Shown here: piece by piece, positions 32,510 to 45,495 of the stretch
Position numbering within the stretch: the first letter of the stretch is position 1
Layout of the letters: the number at the start of each line of letters is the position of its first letter
Source of the DNA: an uncultured Planctomycetota bacterium
GTDB taxonomy: Bacteria > Planctomycetota > Planctomycetia > Isosphaerales > Isosphaeraceae
DNA length: 64,000 nt
Reading direction: 5' to 3'
NCBI GenBank assembly: GCA_963823665.1
Contig: CAWGMQ010000010.1
Location: 1,888,001 to 1,952,000 of the forward strand
Notes under the pieces: generated by a model
Told to the model about the DNA's origin: nothing
Database searches by the model: none
What the model saw: only the letters and a program-made list of their open reading frames with translations
Translations under genes and position numbers: made by a program

Positions 32510-35500
32510 TCAACCCTTCTTCGTCGTTTTCTTCGTTGTGGCCGCCTTGTGCTTGGGTGCCGCCGGCTTGGTCACGTGTTTGACGACGATGTGTTTGACC
32601 GGTTTCGGGTGGACGACCACGTGGGGCTTCTTCTTGTGATGAAGTGGTCCTTTGGGCGCGGGTGCCGGCGTGGGCGAGGGAGTTGGTGCAGGGGCCGGGC
32701 TGCCGACAGTGCCGCTTCCTGTTCCGGTCGTGGTTCCTCTCGTCCCGGTTGTGGTTCCTCCCGTCCCGGTGGTCGCGCCGCCGCTGCCCGTCGAGCCCGA
32801 GCCCGAGCCGCCCGATGACGTGCTCGACCCGACGCTCAAGACCGCATAGTCGGAGTAGCCGGTCAGTCCGGCACCTTTAACGCTCTGGACCGTGTCGGCA
32901 GGCAGCGACACGCTGAGCGTGCCCGAGGTGTTGAAGTTCCCGGTCAGGTTGAATCGCACTGTATCGGCGTCGATCCACGTCAGGCTCGTGGCGTGGGCCG
33001 GGTCCATCGTTTGCACGGCCGTTCCGGACAGCACGAGATCGGTCGCATTGATGCCGGCCTGGTTGACGTTCTGGGAGAACGTGACCGTGACCGATGTCGG
33101 CGCCGTCGAAACGTTGAGAGTCTGGCCGTTTGCCTGGAACTCGCCGGTAATGGGTACCAGGGACGTGCTCAGCACGCGGAACGCACCGCCCAGCGGTATA
33201 CCACCGGTGCCGTTGAACTCGAACGCACCAATGTCGCGTGGTCCGTAATTGGCGAATCCGAACCCGCCGCCCGAAATCTTCACTTGGGAGTTACCGAGCA
33301 GGTCGGTCGTGATGGCCGTCGGCTCCCACGCGTTGTCGATCGCCGCTGAAGCCGAGGTCACCTGGAAATCGGCGTCAAGGAAGAAGTTCGCAGGGCCGTC
33401 GGAACCCGGTCGGGCGTCCACCGGGAAGACAAAATTCGGGTTCCCGACGAAGTTGCCCTGGTTGCTGAGTGCGTCCTGACCGGTTGTGCCCAGAAGCAGC
33501 GGATTGAACCCGTTCTGAACGGTGTTGACCACCGCGGTCTGCCCGCTGTCGCTGGCACCGTTCGAGTAGAACAGGTTGTTCTGCATGTTGATCTTGTTCG
33601 GGTTGGTCGAAAAGATCGCAAAACCCGACCTGGCCAGCGTCTGGTCGTGATTCTGCCAGAAGATGCTGCTGGCGACGTAGGCCTGAGTCGGCGTCGTCAG
33701 CGTGTTCGAGAGCGAGAGTCCAACTGTGTTGAAGACAAAGTCGTCGTTGATCAGGCTGACGGGGCTGACCGACGCGCTCGTCAAGCCGCCGTCGGTGATG
33801 GTGACACCGTCGATGTTTCCGTCCACGACGTCGTTCACGAGTTGCGGCGTCATCGCGCCGGAACCTGACGTCGTGATCGCGACGCCGGCCCCAGCGTCCA
33901 CAATGTAATCTTTGTCGACGAAGATGTTGGAGTTGTCGATGGATAGCGCGATGGAGTTGGGGTTGATCGAGCCGTTTGCCGGGTCGCCGACCAACGGGCT
34001 GGCGATCGAGAAGCCGGCGATCTCCGTTCTCAGACCGGAGAAGCTCTCCACGTTCGTCGCGGATACTGTGGCGTAGAGGCCCGCGGGTGCAGTTGCCACG
34101 AACGGAGCGCGGATGATCGTCGAGAGGGCGTCTCCAGTGCTCGTCGTGAAGACCGTGCTGTCGGTGCTCGTCGGGTCCGCCGAGAGCAACCGAACGAACT
34201 GCTTCATCGTGACCTGCTCGGTATAGACGCCCGGCAAGACCGCCACGACGTCGCCGGCGGCAGCCGCTGTCATGGCCGCGCCGATCGTCGGATAGGGGTT
34301 CTCCCGCGTGCCGATCACCGCCGTCGGGTTCGTGATGTATTGTGGTCCGCCGACGAAGAAGTTCTGCTGAAGCGCCGGCACGTCGACGATGAACTGCTGG
34401 CTGGCGGCAGGCGTCGCGACGTTGCCCGCGATGTCGCGAACGGCGTCCGGCCCCGTGCTGAGCAGCGTGACCTGATAGAGATTGTTGGTCAGCGTGCCCT
34501 CGGACGAGAACTGGATCTCCTCTCGACCCTTGCCGCCGGTGACCGTATCGAGCAGCGTGAACTTGATCGAATTGGGGTCGATCGGAATCGTCACGTCGTC
34601 CGCGTCGCCGAGGATTCCGTCAGGGCCGGCATTGATCAACTGGATCGACTGCGCCGTGAAGTGCGTCTGGTCGATGTTCTTGTTGCTGAAGACCGTGAAG
34701 TTGATCTCGCCGCTCGAGTTCAAACTCGTGATGACCTGGTCGGTCGTCGGCGATGAGACCGTGAGAACCGGCGGCGTCGTGTCGACGACAAACGGCAACT
34801 GAGCGTTGGGATCGGTGGGGCTGGACTCGTTGCCACTCTGGTCGATGATCTGCACCCGAGCGACGTAATAGCCGCTGTCGTCGCCAGGAACAGGCGAGAG
34901 CAAGCCGTCTGGCCCGACGTTGTAAAGTGGGAAGAGGTTGGGAAGCGGGTTGGTGTTGGTCACGAGTCCGGTATTGGCCGCGTCGATTCCGACCGTGACC
35001 TGGAACGCGCCACCTGTGCCCGAGAGGGCTGTGCCCGCGTCCGGCCGGATGTACTGCGCCAGACTCGCTTCACTGCTGGGAAGCGTGGTCGGGTCGAAGT
35101 ATTCGGTCAGTACGCCGTTGACGTCCACGGCGACGCCGATTTCGAGAATCGCTGTTTGACCGGCGAGCGGCACGAGCTGCGCGTTCGGCTCACTCACCGT
35201 ACCGTCAAAGGTCGGTAGCGTCGTGCTGGTAATCTCGTCTCCGATGATGTTCGTGTCGCTGGCCGGATCGAGCGTGAGCGAGCCGGCCAGAACCGACGGC
35301 GGCGTGGTGTTGATGATGAACGAGTCGAAGAAGTTGCCGCCGGGGTAGCCGTTGCCCGAAGGCAGAGCCAACTGGGCGCCGGTCGGGCTGTCGCCGACGG
35401 TGTTTTCACCGTCCAGGGCGATGCCCTGCGGGCTCGTGAGCACCGGTGAGCCGCTGCCGAACAGCTCGATCTGGTAGGCGTCGGTGCTGAGCGTGAGGCC

Positions 35501-38500
35501 GGCTGCCGCCAGGTTGATGATCAGCGTGTCGGTCGCGCTGTCATAAGTGAGCTTGCCGGCCAGGTTGATGGACGTGTCGACCGGAGCCGCCGGGTTGCTC
35601 CCGAGATCGGTCAACATCACCGTGTTGGCGGTGATCGAGTTGGGGTCGAGCGGGCCACTGAACGTGATGTTGATTGACCACGGCGTGGCGTTGGCACCGG
35701 CGCTTCCACCGACGACGTAGAAGTTCTGCGGCGTCGAGCCCGATAGCGCGGTCTCCGTCACGCTCGTGACTTCCGGCGGATGCAGGTTGACATACTGATA
35801 CGCACCAATGTCGATGAACGGATTGCTGCCGTAGCCGACGCTTGGGCTGCCGATCTTCGGTGCGCGAATGTACCCGAGCAGATCGCGCTGGCCCGAGACC
35901 GGGGCGTAGTCGTAGGTGCCGGGAATCTGGCCAGGAGTGCTGTAACCGCTGGGGTCGGTGGTCAGCACCGGCTCCCACTGGTCGGGGAAGCTGAAGAATC
36001 CCGATCCAGGCAAGGTGAGGATCTGATTGGGAGACACCGCCCCGACGACACCGACGTAGCCGCCGGGATTGTCTCTTCCCGGCTCAGCGGGGGGCGTCAA
36101 TGAGGCCGGGTCGGTCCGGATTTGGGTGGCGATGCCGTCGTTTAGCGTGAGGGTCGTGGTCGGGTAGATTGCATTGACCGGAGGGGAGCGGCCCGATCTC
36201 GCTGCGAGCCTGGTCGATCGCCGGTGAGGTCGGCTCCAGCTCGAAATTGCCGTCCGCCGCATCCACGAATTGTGGATCAGCATAGATTGCGCCGAAGTTG
36301 CCGTCCCAGTCGCCGTCGGTGGTCGTGACGTTGAGGTTCGTGGCGTTGTTATAGTAGAGGTTGTACTGCTCCTGGCCCTCGCGTGCTTGTCCCTGGAGAT
36401 TGACGGCGATTTGCGTTGAGCCGTCGAAAATGTTGTTCATGGCCAGAACGGTGACGCTGGAGTTGGCGTTCGTCCCGTTAAATTGCGGCGCAAGGGTCTG
36501 GATGGCGAACGGGTCGTTGTAGAACGTGTTGTTCAGCAGGATTCCTTGATAGGCGGACTCGCCGGCCGTGTCGGCAGTGTTCTCGGAGTTGATCTCCACA
36601 CCGACGCCCGAGTTGGAGATCGTGTCGTTGTACATGTAGAGCCACGCAGGATCGCCGTCCAATGTGCCGCGTATGGGGATTCCGCCGGCGCTACGAATCA
36701 AGGCGGCGAGTGGCTGGGGATGCACGAAGACCGCGGCATCGGCGAACTCGTTGAGGTTGGAATCGGCGATCGTGAGAAACATGGCGGAGTTGAACTGGGT
36801 GGCGGGACCGGCATAGCCGGTCTTCTCCTGGAGCCAGTCGCCACTCCCGCCGGTGTCGACGATTCCGCTGCCCTGGAGCTCGATCCGGGTCATGTAGCTG
36901 ATGTCGGCGTTGCTGATGATAGCTTCCCTCCAACGGATCGGTGGGGTCGTACTCCGTGAGCGACAGCCCGCCGATGTAGATGTAGCCGCCGTCCCCCGCT
37001 GCAGGCGTCGTCAGACTCTGGCCGACATAGTTGGGGCCGCCTGAGGCCGCAATCACGGCCGCCTCCGGCAGACTGTTCAAGATGTCGTCCATCGCAATCC
37101 CGCGCACCGTCGTACCGACCGTATCGTCGCGGAGCGAGGTCATGATCACCGGCACCCGCTGCTGCCCGGTCGTCTGGTTGCCCGGAATTCCCAGGATCCG
37201 CAGCTCGGAGTAGGCACCTGGATCGACGAGCGGGCTCGGAGTCGGATCCACGCCGTCCTCGACTCCGAACGCAAACCCGGCGCCGGCGTCCTCTGACGCC
37301 CCTACCCCGGTCGACCCGAAGGTCGTCGACAGGTTGGCGGCACCTGCGTCGTGCGGTGTCGACTCGCTGAGCATCTTGACGATGACCGACTGGCCGGGGC
37401 TCGGAATCGTCGTGCCGTCTGCCAGCAGCGTCCCTGGCAGGGCGGACTTGAATCGTCAGGCAGACGACAGGGTTCGGAATCGGCCCATAAGCCGTCTGGC
37501 TGGGAACCGGAGCGTTCGTGCCCAGGAAGTTCCCGCCGAAGCCGGGGAAGTACGGTCCGGAGGCGATGATCGTACCCTCGAGGACGTATGTCAGGTCGGT
37601 CGCATCCCAGACCGTGCTCACGGACTGGTTCGCATAAGTCGTGCCGCCAGCTCCGTCAACCGGGCCGACATAGTTGTATCCCGACGCCGCGACGAACGGA
37701 TAACCACGATTCGTGATTACTAGCAGACCGTCAATGCCGTTGTCCTGCATCACGTTCCCACGGAAGAACGGATGCCCCGAGACGAGCGGGTCGAGTGGGT
37801 CACCCGCCAGCAGGCCGTTGGGCTCGATTTGCATCGCCGCGTCGAAGTTGTTGAAGAAGTTGTTGTTCGTGATGTAGACGTGGCTGCCCAGCGTCGGCAC
37901 CGCCGCCGGTGGCAGCGGGAAGTCCGTGTCCAGCGTGATGAACGCCAGCACCGACTGCGACGGGATCGTGAAGTTCGGCGTGTTGATCGCGCCGCCGCCG
38001 TACTCGAAAGTGGCGGCGTTGATCACCGCCGCCGCGCCACTCTGGATGCCGATGCCACCCCACATGCTGGGCCCAAGGGTCGGGGTCGTCGCCTCGCCCG
38101 TCACGTTGATCGGCGTCGGCACCAGCGTGCTCGTCGCCGTGGACGTGTCGTCGTAAATCGAGTCGAACACGACTTGCGGATCCGAGGCCGACTCGTCGAT
38201 GTTGGTGCCCGCGCCCACCGACCGGCGTGTATCCACCCGGCTGGTCGTTGGCCGTGAGTACGCACGAGATCCCACGTTCAGGCTCGAGCCCGGGTTCAGC
38301 ACGTCGAGTGCACTGCCTCTGTTGAACTCAACCAGCGAACCGGGCTGAATGTAGAGCCGGTCAGTGACCCACTGGGTCTGCCCGCCCGAGTTGTCGATGA
38401 ACTCTTGGCCGACGACCAGTTGTGCCAGCACGATGATCGGCAGAGGCTCGAAGAACGTGTAATTGAGCGATCCGCCGAGCGTGGAGGGATTGGTCGGATA

Positions 38501-41500
38501 GTTGATCGCCGTGGTCGGCTCGATGTATCCGTTGCTCTTCGGACATCAGCCAGATGCGCGTTCAGGCTGTTTTGCGACACGACGACCTGCCGGATCAAGG
38601 GGCCACGCGCCGTGTCGTCCTCCCGGAACGAGTCCATGTCGGCCCCGATGGCCGACTCGGTCCCACCCGTGCCGCCGGAGAGCGAGATGTCGGTGTTCGT
38701 GATCGCCGGCCGGGAATTGTAGAGCGTGATCGCGCTGACGAAGTCGCTAGAGCCCTGCGGCACGGCACCGCCGGCGTAGCGAATGTTGCGTGTAATTCAG
38801 GATCGACATCGCGTCCGAGGCGCCGGAAACCGCCGCGCCGCCATTCGGGCCAACCAGCGTCCCGTCGACCGGGAATTGCACGCTGCTGGGCGACATTCGT
38901 CTCGTCGTAGTTGCGGAAGATGATCCCGCCCCAGTCGCCCGCAAAGGGTTGAGTATCGGGATTGGCATTGGTAGCTCCGCCGACGCTCGCGTCGTTGTAC
39001 GACGTGAACGTGACCGGATCGGTCGGCGTGCCGAGCGCCTGGAGGGCACTTCCCTGGTTCTGCACGAACAAGGCCGCATTCTGTGCTTTGAGCGTGGCCC
39101 CGGCCTCGAAGACCAGCGTCGTGTTGAACGGCACCGACGCGCTGCCGTTGGTCACGCCGCTGTTGTTCCCCGCCGGTGCCTGGAGCACGAAGCTCGCCTG
39201 GGTGACTAGACCCGGTGTTCGGGTTTCGCTGCGGAATGCCCGCCAGCGCGACCACGATCACCGGTCCGCCGGCCGAGTATTGCGAGACGTATGAGAGCTG
39301 CGAGGCCGCGTAAAGGGCCGACTGCTCGAACTGGCCGTCGCCGCTGAAATCGAAGGCCGTGTTGAAGTTCCCGGGCTCATAGAAGAACGTACTGTTGAGT
39401 CCGCCGTTGGGATTGTGGTCTGAATTGGCCGGTGCCGTGAGCGGATCGCCCTCGGGAGCCAGCACCGGGTACGGTTGGGCGAGCGAGCCGTCCGACAGGG
39501 TGCTGGGCAAGAGCGGGTTTTCGACATAGTCCGGCCGAGCATAAACGACGTTGCCGTAGTTCACGACCGTGAACGCGGCCGTGAACGCACCGCCGGCAAC
39601 TCCGTCGCCGCTCATGTCGTCCATGCGATTGGTGCCGTCGGACTGCAAGTCCTCGTATTCGGGCAGCGATGGGAACTCGGGGCTGGGAAGGCTCGTCTGG
39701 TTGCCCAGGTTTTCGCCGTCGAGCTGATTGCCGTAGATGTCGAAGATCCGCGTGTCTGTTCCGTCGGGCTCGATCGCGTTCGGGAAATAGACCCGATAAT
39801 CGTCGGCGGCAAGGGTGTTGCCGGGGTCGAGTTGAAGAACCAGGCGATTGCCCGAGCCGCCCGGCACCACGACCGACGACTGCTGCGTGATCGGATTGTA
39901 ATTGTAAAGAGTGACCGTGTAGTCCGTGAGGATCGTGAAGCCGGTCCCGGTGCTCCCGAGCCCTGCTTCGCCCAGGGTGCCGAAATCGCCGTCGGAAGCC
40001 CCGCCGGCTGAATTGGCCGATCCAATCAATTGAAGCTTGTTTGAGTAGTCGCCGTAGGGCAGCTGGGTCGAGAAGTCGACAACGACAGCCGTGGGCGGCG
40101 CCGACACGTTGTCACGCGTGTTGGCCGACCCGTTCGCCGGAGGCAGCTCGAAATACGATTGCTCCCCGCCGACCACTGTTGACCCGTTGGACGAATACGT
40201 GCTCTCAAGCGCCATGCCCGTGATGTAGACCGGTTGCGGCTGCACGTCGAACAGCACGCTGAAGTCGGGCGTCCCCTCGTCGGGCACATTCGTATCGTTG
40301 AGCGGATTGCCGGCGGAATCCGTGAGGCCGGGATACTGAAGCTCGGTCGTGTGGGCCACGAACACGTACTGTCCGGCCGGCAAGCCGGCCGTGAACGTCA
40401 GATTCACATACCCGGTGTATTCGAGGATATACGTCCCCGTCGGGTCCAGCACCGGATTGAGTGCCGAGAAGGTCGCCGTGGCTATGAACTGCGACTCGTT
40501 CGCGTTGTTGTTCGTGACGTCGACCAGAGAGTAGTTGCTGATGTTCGCCGCGGTTGCCGGATTGAGCGCGGAGAAGAGGACCGACGACGGAGTCGCGAAG
40601 ACCGGCTGGCTCTGATTCACCGGATCGACGACGTGCAGCGTGAGCGTTGTGAGCGCCGGCACCTCTGTGATATTCGGCGCCGGCGAATTGGGCAGAGGCA
40701 GGGGAGCACCGCCCGGTGCAAACGAGGACCGTGTCAATGTACGGATCGGTCTTGTCGATGCGGAAAGCGTCCTCCAGCGACGCCGCGAGCCCCGGCAGCG
40801 GCGGCGAGTCGACCTGGCCCACGACAACGGCCTGCACATGCTGGAAGCCTTCGGGCAACGCGGCTGGTGCCTGGAACGAGAAGGCGCCGTTGGCGTCAGT
40901 CGTCACCGTCAGGTCATAGGTGCCCGGTGTAGCCCCGATTTCCCGCACCCACCGCGAGCGTGATGATGCCGTTGTGCAACCCGTCGAACTCGATGTAGAC
41001 CTGCAGGTTCGCCACCGTGCCCGGGAACGGAACGTACACCTGACCGATGAACGTCGGCTGGCTGACGTTGGTGTTCTGATCGCCGACGATGCCCGTGTCA
41101 TTCGTCGCCGTCGGCGTCAGCTCGAACGTGGTGATGCTCGGCGGGCTCAAGGCTTCCACGCCGAGGTTCTCGACGAAGTCCTCGGCCAGTCCATTGGCGC
41201 CCGAGGGGAACACGCCGGTGAAATTGCCGTCGAGCGAGTTGCCCACCAGATCGGTGACGCCGGGATTGGCGCCGTGGCTCGAGAGAACCACGATCGCGTA
41301 CTGGTCGGTCGGCATCTCGGTCTGGGGCAGACCGTCGTAGTTGAGCGTCACGGTGTAGGTCGGGCGCACCGGTGCTCGGGTTCGTCCCCGTCGTGTAGCT
41401 GATCGTCGCACGCGGGTCGTTGTTCAGGTCGATATAGCTCGAGTAGTTTCCGTTCGAGGGCGGCCAGGTCGTCGCGGATCCCTTGCGGATCACGAAGATG

Positions 41501-43925
41501 TTCTGGAGCGTGACCGTCCCTGGATCGAGCGCCTTGCTGAACTGAATCTGGACCGTCCGGCCGTTGAGCTTGGTCCCGGTCACGACCGGCGCGGTGACGT
41601 CCGCCAGCGTGAAGGCGATCTTGCCGGTGGCGACCAGGTCCTTACCGTCTTCCGAAACGACTGTCTTGCTCGCAGGGCTCTGGATCGAGAACGTATACTG
41701 GCCGTTCGCCAGTGTGCCCGGGCGGCTTCGTGAAGCTGATCGGGAACTGGATGATCGTCGGGTCGGTCGGGTTATCGACCGCGATCGGCGTGCCCACGTT
41801 GACCGTCACCCCCGTGGGTGCGGTAAGGAAGGTCAAATCACCCGCCTCTACCGTCGTGAAGTTCACCGGCTTGTTGAAGGTGACGGTGACCGCGCTCGGT
41901 GTCATCGTCACCGTCTCGCCGTTGGACGGATCGGTGGACTCGACCCGCAGCAGGTCGACGGCGTTGATGGCCTTCACCGCGTTGATCAGTCCGTATCCAC
42001 CCTCCGGGTCCCACGCTCCCGGGCTCGAGCCGTTTAACGGCGTGTTCGACGCCGATTCGATCAGTCCTTCGCGGATCTCGGCGGGCGTGAGCGTCGGAAC
42101 CTCCTGGAGCATCGAGCGCCGCCACGGCCGCGGCATTCGGCGCCGCCGAAGACGTGCCGAAGAAGCTCGGCAGGTTCTGCGAGAGGTTTGTCGAGGTTGA
42201 CGGCTCACCCGGCACCTCCGGCGGCGTGTTCGACGTGTTTATGACATTGCCCGGGCTGAAGAACGAGGTGTTCCCCCCGTCAGGGGCAGTCACCGTGGGG
42301 TCCAGCGAGAGTATCGGCGTCGCCATCGCCGAGCCGTCCGCGTTGAATACGTAGAGTCCCGGACCATCCGAGCTGAACGGCTCGGAAGCCAGCGGATTCT
42401 GGCCCAGGAACGGCGCCGGTGCCCACCAGGGGGTTGCTCCTACGCCGATCGTGTTCGGGTTCGTTTCGTGCCCCGCCGAAGTCGGGTAGTATGTGCCGCC
42501 GGCACTGCCGTACGTTGACTGCGTGTCCACCGTCAGCTCGTTGGTGTCGTCCGCATCGTAGAATTCAACGTGACCGGGATTGGGCCCCGACACCAGTTCC
42601 ATGGCGATGAAATAATTGCCTGCCGCCGGTGTGGTGAGCGATTGGAACGGAGCGTCGAAAGCGACGTCGTTGTTCGTGCTCGAGGCCACCACCGTGCCCG
42701 AACTATTGAGCAGGTAGAAATTAACAGTTGACGTATCGACGTTGGGATCGCCGGCCGGCTCCTGGAAGTTGTAGGGCTGGTCGAACTGCATCACCAGCGG
42801 TATGTTCGGGTTGGTCGTGGTGATCGGCAGCTCGAGCAAGGTGCCGCCGTTGGGATTGAAATTCTCGAACGTGCCACTGCCGACGCCGGTGACTGTGCCC
42901 GTGGCGGGCCGCCAGTTCGACAGGTAACCGCCGTTGGCCTGGTTCCCGGCGGCGCTGAAGTAGGTCACGCCCTGCGCCGTCACCGCGTCGATCGATTGAC
43001 CGGCATATCCATCCTGGAACAACGGCTCGTCAGAGAATGAAACGTCGTCGACGATTTCATTCGCCTTCCCTGTAGTCGCAAGCGCAGTGATGGCCTGGCT
43101 GAACGCCAGGTCGCTGTCGCCCGCTGTGTCGAATGCCAGGTTTGCCCCCGGGGCGATGTCGTGGATGTTCTCCAGCATCGCGCGGCCTTCATCCGTGCTG
43201 CCGCTCGGCCCGTCACCCAGCACGTCGACCGGGTTGTTCGGGTTCAAGTCGCCGGTGCCATAAGACTCCGGCAAGCCTGCCCCTGCCGTCGGGTACTGAT
43301 TAACGCTGTCCGAGATCACACCAATCGTCACACCCTGCCCGGTTACGTTGAACTCGGTTTGCGCGACATCGGCAAATGTCGAAGCCAACGCCTCGTTGTC
43401 GGCTTCACCCTGATAGTGATAAACCGGGTAATCGAGCGGCATCCCGGCCATCGTCTGCTGCATCTCGGCGATCGTCGGCAGCTCATTCACCGGCGCCCAG
43501 CCCGTTGCCACCCCGTAGAGAGTGCTCGTGTCCGTGACCTGCATACCCACGTCTTGGAGCTGGGTGACAAACGAAGTGAAGCTCCCCCCCAGGCTCTTGA
43601 CCTGAATGCCCACCATTCCGTTATTGAACTCGACCCGCGGATTCTCCGCAGCAAGCTGCGACGTGCTGCCGCCGGTCTGCACGTAAGATTGGTAGATTCC
43701 GATCAGCGTCTGCCCCAGATTCGCCATCGGGCCATGCTGCACGTCGAACAGGTTCGTGGTGGTCGGGGTCCACAGCGGTGCAGGGATCGTGCTGTCGGGC
43801 GTCGTGCTCAACAGCCGCCGCTCCTCGAGCATCTCCAGTCGAGGCCGATCGTTACGTTTCGTACTCTTCTGATTCCGCCGCCGCGAAGGCTGCTCCGGCC
43901 GACCGTAACCCTTGAAGCTCCCCAT
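32510..43925 (-). CDS. Giant secreted protein (~3800 aa if joined): S8/S53-like peptidase, Ig-like repeats, beta-helix regions; split by about a dozen frameshifts
   Basis: N-terminal RPRLEMLEERRLLS; GVISDS, DEGRAMLENIHDIAPGA, SAAGN, FGTSSAAP; repeated DxxGNxLDG and VTFS/N strands; continuous D/T/N/G-rich coding across successive minus-strand ORFs with no intergenic gaps. Confidence 0.8.
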
Positions 43926-44128
43926 CGACAGACTCCCCGGTAAGCATTCGAGCTTCGACCTCGTGAAATAACCCCAATCGGGCTCTCACGAAAAGGCCGG
44001 GCTCGCAAACCATCAAGGTGATTCAGTAAACAGACTTACGAGAACTTCATTCCCCGCAGAGGGGCCATTCCGCTCTCGGCTCGTGACTTGTGGAACCTTC
44101 CGTAAGGCTCTACTTGTAAACGACCACA

Positions 44129-44144
44129 TGTGATGGTTGTGACA
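44129..44144. promoter_or_regulatory. Possible CRP/FNR-family binding site in the divergent promoter region
   Basis: TGTGA-tggttg-TGACA, one mismatch from TGTGA-N6-TCACA, about 200 bp upstream of the giant gene. Confidence 0.25.
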
Positions 44145-44481
44145 TCATGCATGCAGTCAATCATTGCAGCGTCGATTCCGTTCGTCAAGTCCCGGGCTAA
44201 AAGAATTCGACGGGATGTCGGTCGGAGGTGGGTAAGCTCTGTGAATTCTAAGGCCCGCGCAGAACGCGGAAACAGAGTCATTGCAGTCTGTCCTCTGGAA
44301 TCCAGAAGTCAAATGGGGAGGACTGGGGAACCTAGCATTTTGCGTGATCTGGTCGGTCGGTCGCGATGGTAGCGATTTCGGTAATGATGACTCTTGCCGG
44401 GATACTGGCCATTTGAGGTCAGATTTCGGATCATCGAACCGGTCGCAATCCATACACAAACCAGGCGATCGGGGGCAGACG

Positions 44482-45474
44482 ATGATCAACCCAGCGGACC
44501 TCGCCGGCCGGCTGATACCAGCCGTTCCCGTACCGCTGGAAAGCTCGGGTGACCTCCACAACGGTGCGCTCGAGGCTTATGTCTCCTGGATGGTGAATCA
44601 GCCAATCGGCGGTGTCGCGGTCTGGGCCCACACCGGCCGCGGCCTCAAACTCCCGCCCGCTCTGGCCGATCGTGTCCTCAAAACCTGGCGAACGTTCTTG
44701 CCCTCCGGTTCCCTGCTCCTGGCTGCGGCCGGCGTTCCTCCACCGCACAGATCGCCCAGCGCTCTCTTCGAGCGGGCCTACTCAATGGCCTGCCGCGCCG
44801 CGGAGCTGGGTGCGGACGCCCTTCTCGTTCATCCCCCAACCGCGCTGCGAGATTGCTCCGACCGCGACTCCCTCGTCATCCGCTACCATTCCCGAATCGC
44901 GCAAGCCGGGCTCCCGCTCGTCGCATTCTACCTTTACGAGGCTGCCGGCGGCATATCCTACACTCCCGATTTGATCGCCGATCTCCTCGCTCGCCCCGAC
45001 GTCCTCGGCATCAAGATAGCCACCCTCGACAGCGTGATGACCTTTCAAGAAATCACCCGCCTCGTCCAGACTCGCGCTCCCGCGAAGGTCGTCATCACCG
45101 GCGAAGACCGATTCCTGCCCTACAGCTTGATGTGCGGCGCCAAGGCCGCCTTGATCGGCATGGCCGCGGCCTGCACCACGGTCCAGGCCCGGCTCCTCCG
45201 CAGCCACCTCGAAGGTCGCTCGAGCGAGTTTCTCGCCTTGAGCCCGCGCATCGACGACCTCGCCCAGAATACGTTCCTCACTCCCATGGAAGGCTACATC
45301 CAGCGAATCCTCTGGTGCCTGGTCCACCAGCGAGTCATTCCCCGTGAGGCTGCCCACGACCCCTGGGGTCCCCAGCTCGACCCCGCTGAGTTCGACCGGA
45401 TCGGCGCATGCGTCGCGCGTGTCCTCGGCGCCCCGGAGCCAATCCCGCCGCCCCCCACGACAACCGGCTCTTGA
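44482..45474 (+). CDS. Dihydrodipicolinate synthase-family (class I aldolase) protein
   Basis: LIPAVPVP, WAHTGRG, GADALLVHPP, AFYLY, LGIKIAT (Schiff-base Lys), ITGED. Confidence 0.85.
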   Translation: MINPADLAGRLIPAVPVPLESSGDLHNGALEAYVSWMVNQPIGGVAVWAHTGRGLKLPPALADRVLKTWRTFLPSGSLLLAAAGVPPPHRSPSALFERAYSMACRAAELGADALLVHPPTALRDCSDRDSLVIRYHSRIAQAGLPLVAFYLYEAAGGISYTPDLIADLLARPDVLGIKIATLDSVMTFQEITRLVQTRAPAKVVITGEDRFLPYSLMCGAKAALIGMAAACTTVQARLLRSHLEGRSSEFLALSPRIDDLAQNTFLTPMEGYIQRILWCLVHQRVIPREAAHDPWGPQLDPAEFDRIGACVARVLGAPEPIPPPPTTTGS

Positions 45475-45495
45475 ACACCAGAAATAGAAATCGTC

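Noticed and set aside
43990..44040. gcaaaccatc near the giant gene as a possible c-di-GMP-I riboswitch
   Set aside because: It is on the opposite strand to that gene and lacks the GACGCAAA junction and second stem.
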